DNA of 64,000 bases from Phallusia mammillata (taxonomy: Eukaryota): positions 25,296,001 to 25,360,000 of the forward strand of contig OZ281495.1 in assembly GCA_965637545.1 (NCBI GenBank), given 5' to 3'. Below the pieces are notes generated by a model. It saw only the letters and a list, made by a program, of their open reading frames with translations, was not told the DNA's origin and ran no database searches. Positions 62,725 to 64,000 of this stretch are shown here, piece after piece. Position numbers and translations under genes: made by a program. Position 1 is the stretch's first letter. Each line of letters starts with the position of its first letter.

Positions 62725-64000
62725 CAAAAAGCGGACCAAAATGCGCTTTACGACGGTTCTAAAATTCGACGATGTCCTAGATCCAGAATATTCTGTGCTT
62801 GTGATATGGTGAGACGATTATAGCAGCATACTCGATGTACATTTCTTACCTGCTTATGTTTCAACTTGACCAGTCTCACGTTTTGCGTGGTGCCATGCAG
62901 CACAGCTGTTTCGGGTTCCTCAATCTGCATAGAACAACAATTATAATTTAGTTAAACTTTTCACCACAGTTCATTGGCTCGTTAACTGCAGTCACCACGA
63001 GGAGATCACTTTCGCATGTAAGGTCAATCATCGTTTATTACATCGTCTTGTCCAATATTGCTTATAATGACCCCTGGTCAGCATGTTGATTAAATCACGA
63101 CCTTCTTGTCCCCCAGGCGGTTTTCGAATTACCCAAAAGGCGACCCAGGGTCACAGGTCAATAGGCTGTACTTCTTTACCAGGAATTATATATTCGTGCC
63201 TATGTCGAGACGTAACTCATGATATAGACTGGATATTTTTGGGAGCTAGTCGCCCGAGATAGCAGTTTGAGAAAAAATGCTTAGTCACCGTCATGCATTT
63301 ACCTCCACGAAACGGAAACTTTTGGCTGATTGCATCATTATTTGTGTAAAGGTTGGCGATGACGCGTGTGTTTTATAATGCATGTAATCGTTGCGTAATT
63401 GTATTCACTATGATTTGTCGTGATTTATAGTTTTTTCAAGACCCCAAGAACACATGGAAATATATGCACGTTTCTTCGACACTATGCTGGATGATAAATT
63501 TGTTGTCGAAATTAGTTTTTGGTGTTTTTGAAGGTTCCACGTAAAGTAACAGATGCGAAAGATCTCACACTTGAAGTCAAGTTGTAATTAGACGTTGTGT
63601 TTGTGAAGTCTCGTGTCGTGCGGATAACCTCAACGCTGCAAAACTTAACGGTTTCATGCGATAGATGGGAATCAACGAAAATTCCGCGCGAAAAAACATA
63701 AAACCCGTTGTTTAAAAATCTTGTTTCCAGTTCCCAAACACTGTGTATTGTTTAAATAGCACTCGAGTGGTGGTATTCGCAAGTCTGTAGACATGAGAGC
63801 TTATTATACACTTGATTGAACCCGTAATTAACCAATACAGCACACTTGCCAAGGCGTCCACAAAATTGTCTAATTAAGGAGTATGTTGTGATTTTGGCTG
63901 TTGTTATACCATCGTCTGGGAAGTTTCGTACACAACTTCCAAGGGATTTTAATGTACAACCGGCTACTTACATAAGTTAATACACTTAATCTCTTTGGGA

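Overview
Eukaryotic, AT-rich, intron-rich genomic DNA, most likely from an ascidian tunicate: three perfect copies of the Ciona-type 16-nt spliced leader ATTCTATTTGAATAAG are present. Contents from left to right: a nearly intact BEL/Pao LTR retrotransposon (minus strand, running off the left edge); a head-to-head pair of RIPK/TKL-like kinase genes (minus copy pseudogenised, plus copy intact with 10 exons); a tRNA-derived SINE; a predicted type II membrane protein with sushi/CCP domains and a Penelope-like (GIY-YIG + hammerhead) insertion in an intron; an intron-containing tRNA-Tyr(GTA); YIPF4; a two-pore channel (TPC3-like, minus); several hAT MITEs; and the 5' part of otoferlin (about 29970 to at least 51687). 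I found no further otoferlin exon in the remaining 12.3 kb, which holds unexplained decayed ORFs. The main discovery is a dispersed family of hammerhead-ribozyme (HHR) motifs. In two copies a genomic spliced leader sits exactly 3 nt upstream of the ribozyme core, where another copy has a splice-acceptor AG. This suggests an SL-trans-spliced or SL-gene-targeting HHR retroelement. All calls were made by eye without database searches; exon boundaries are manual predictions.
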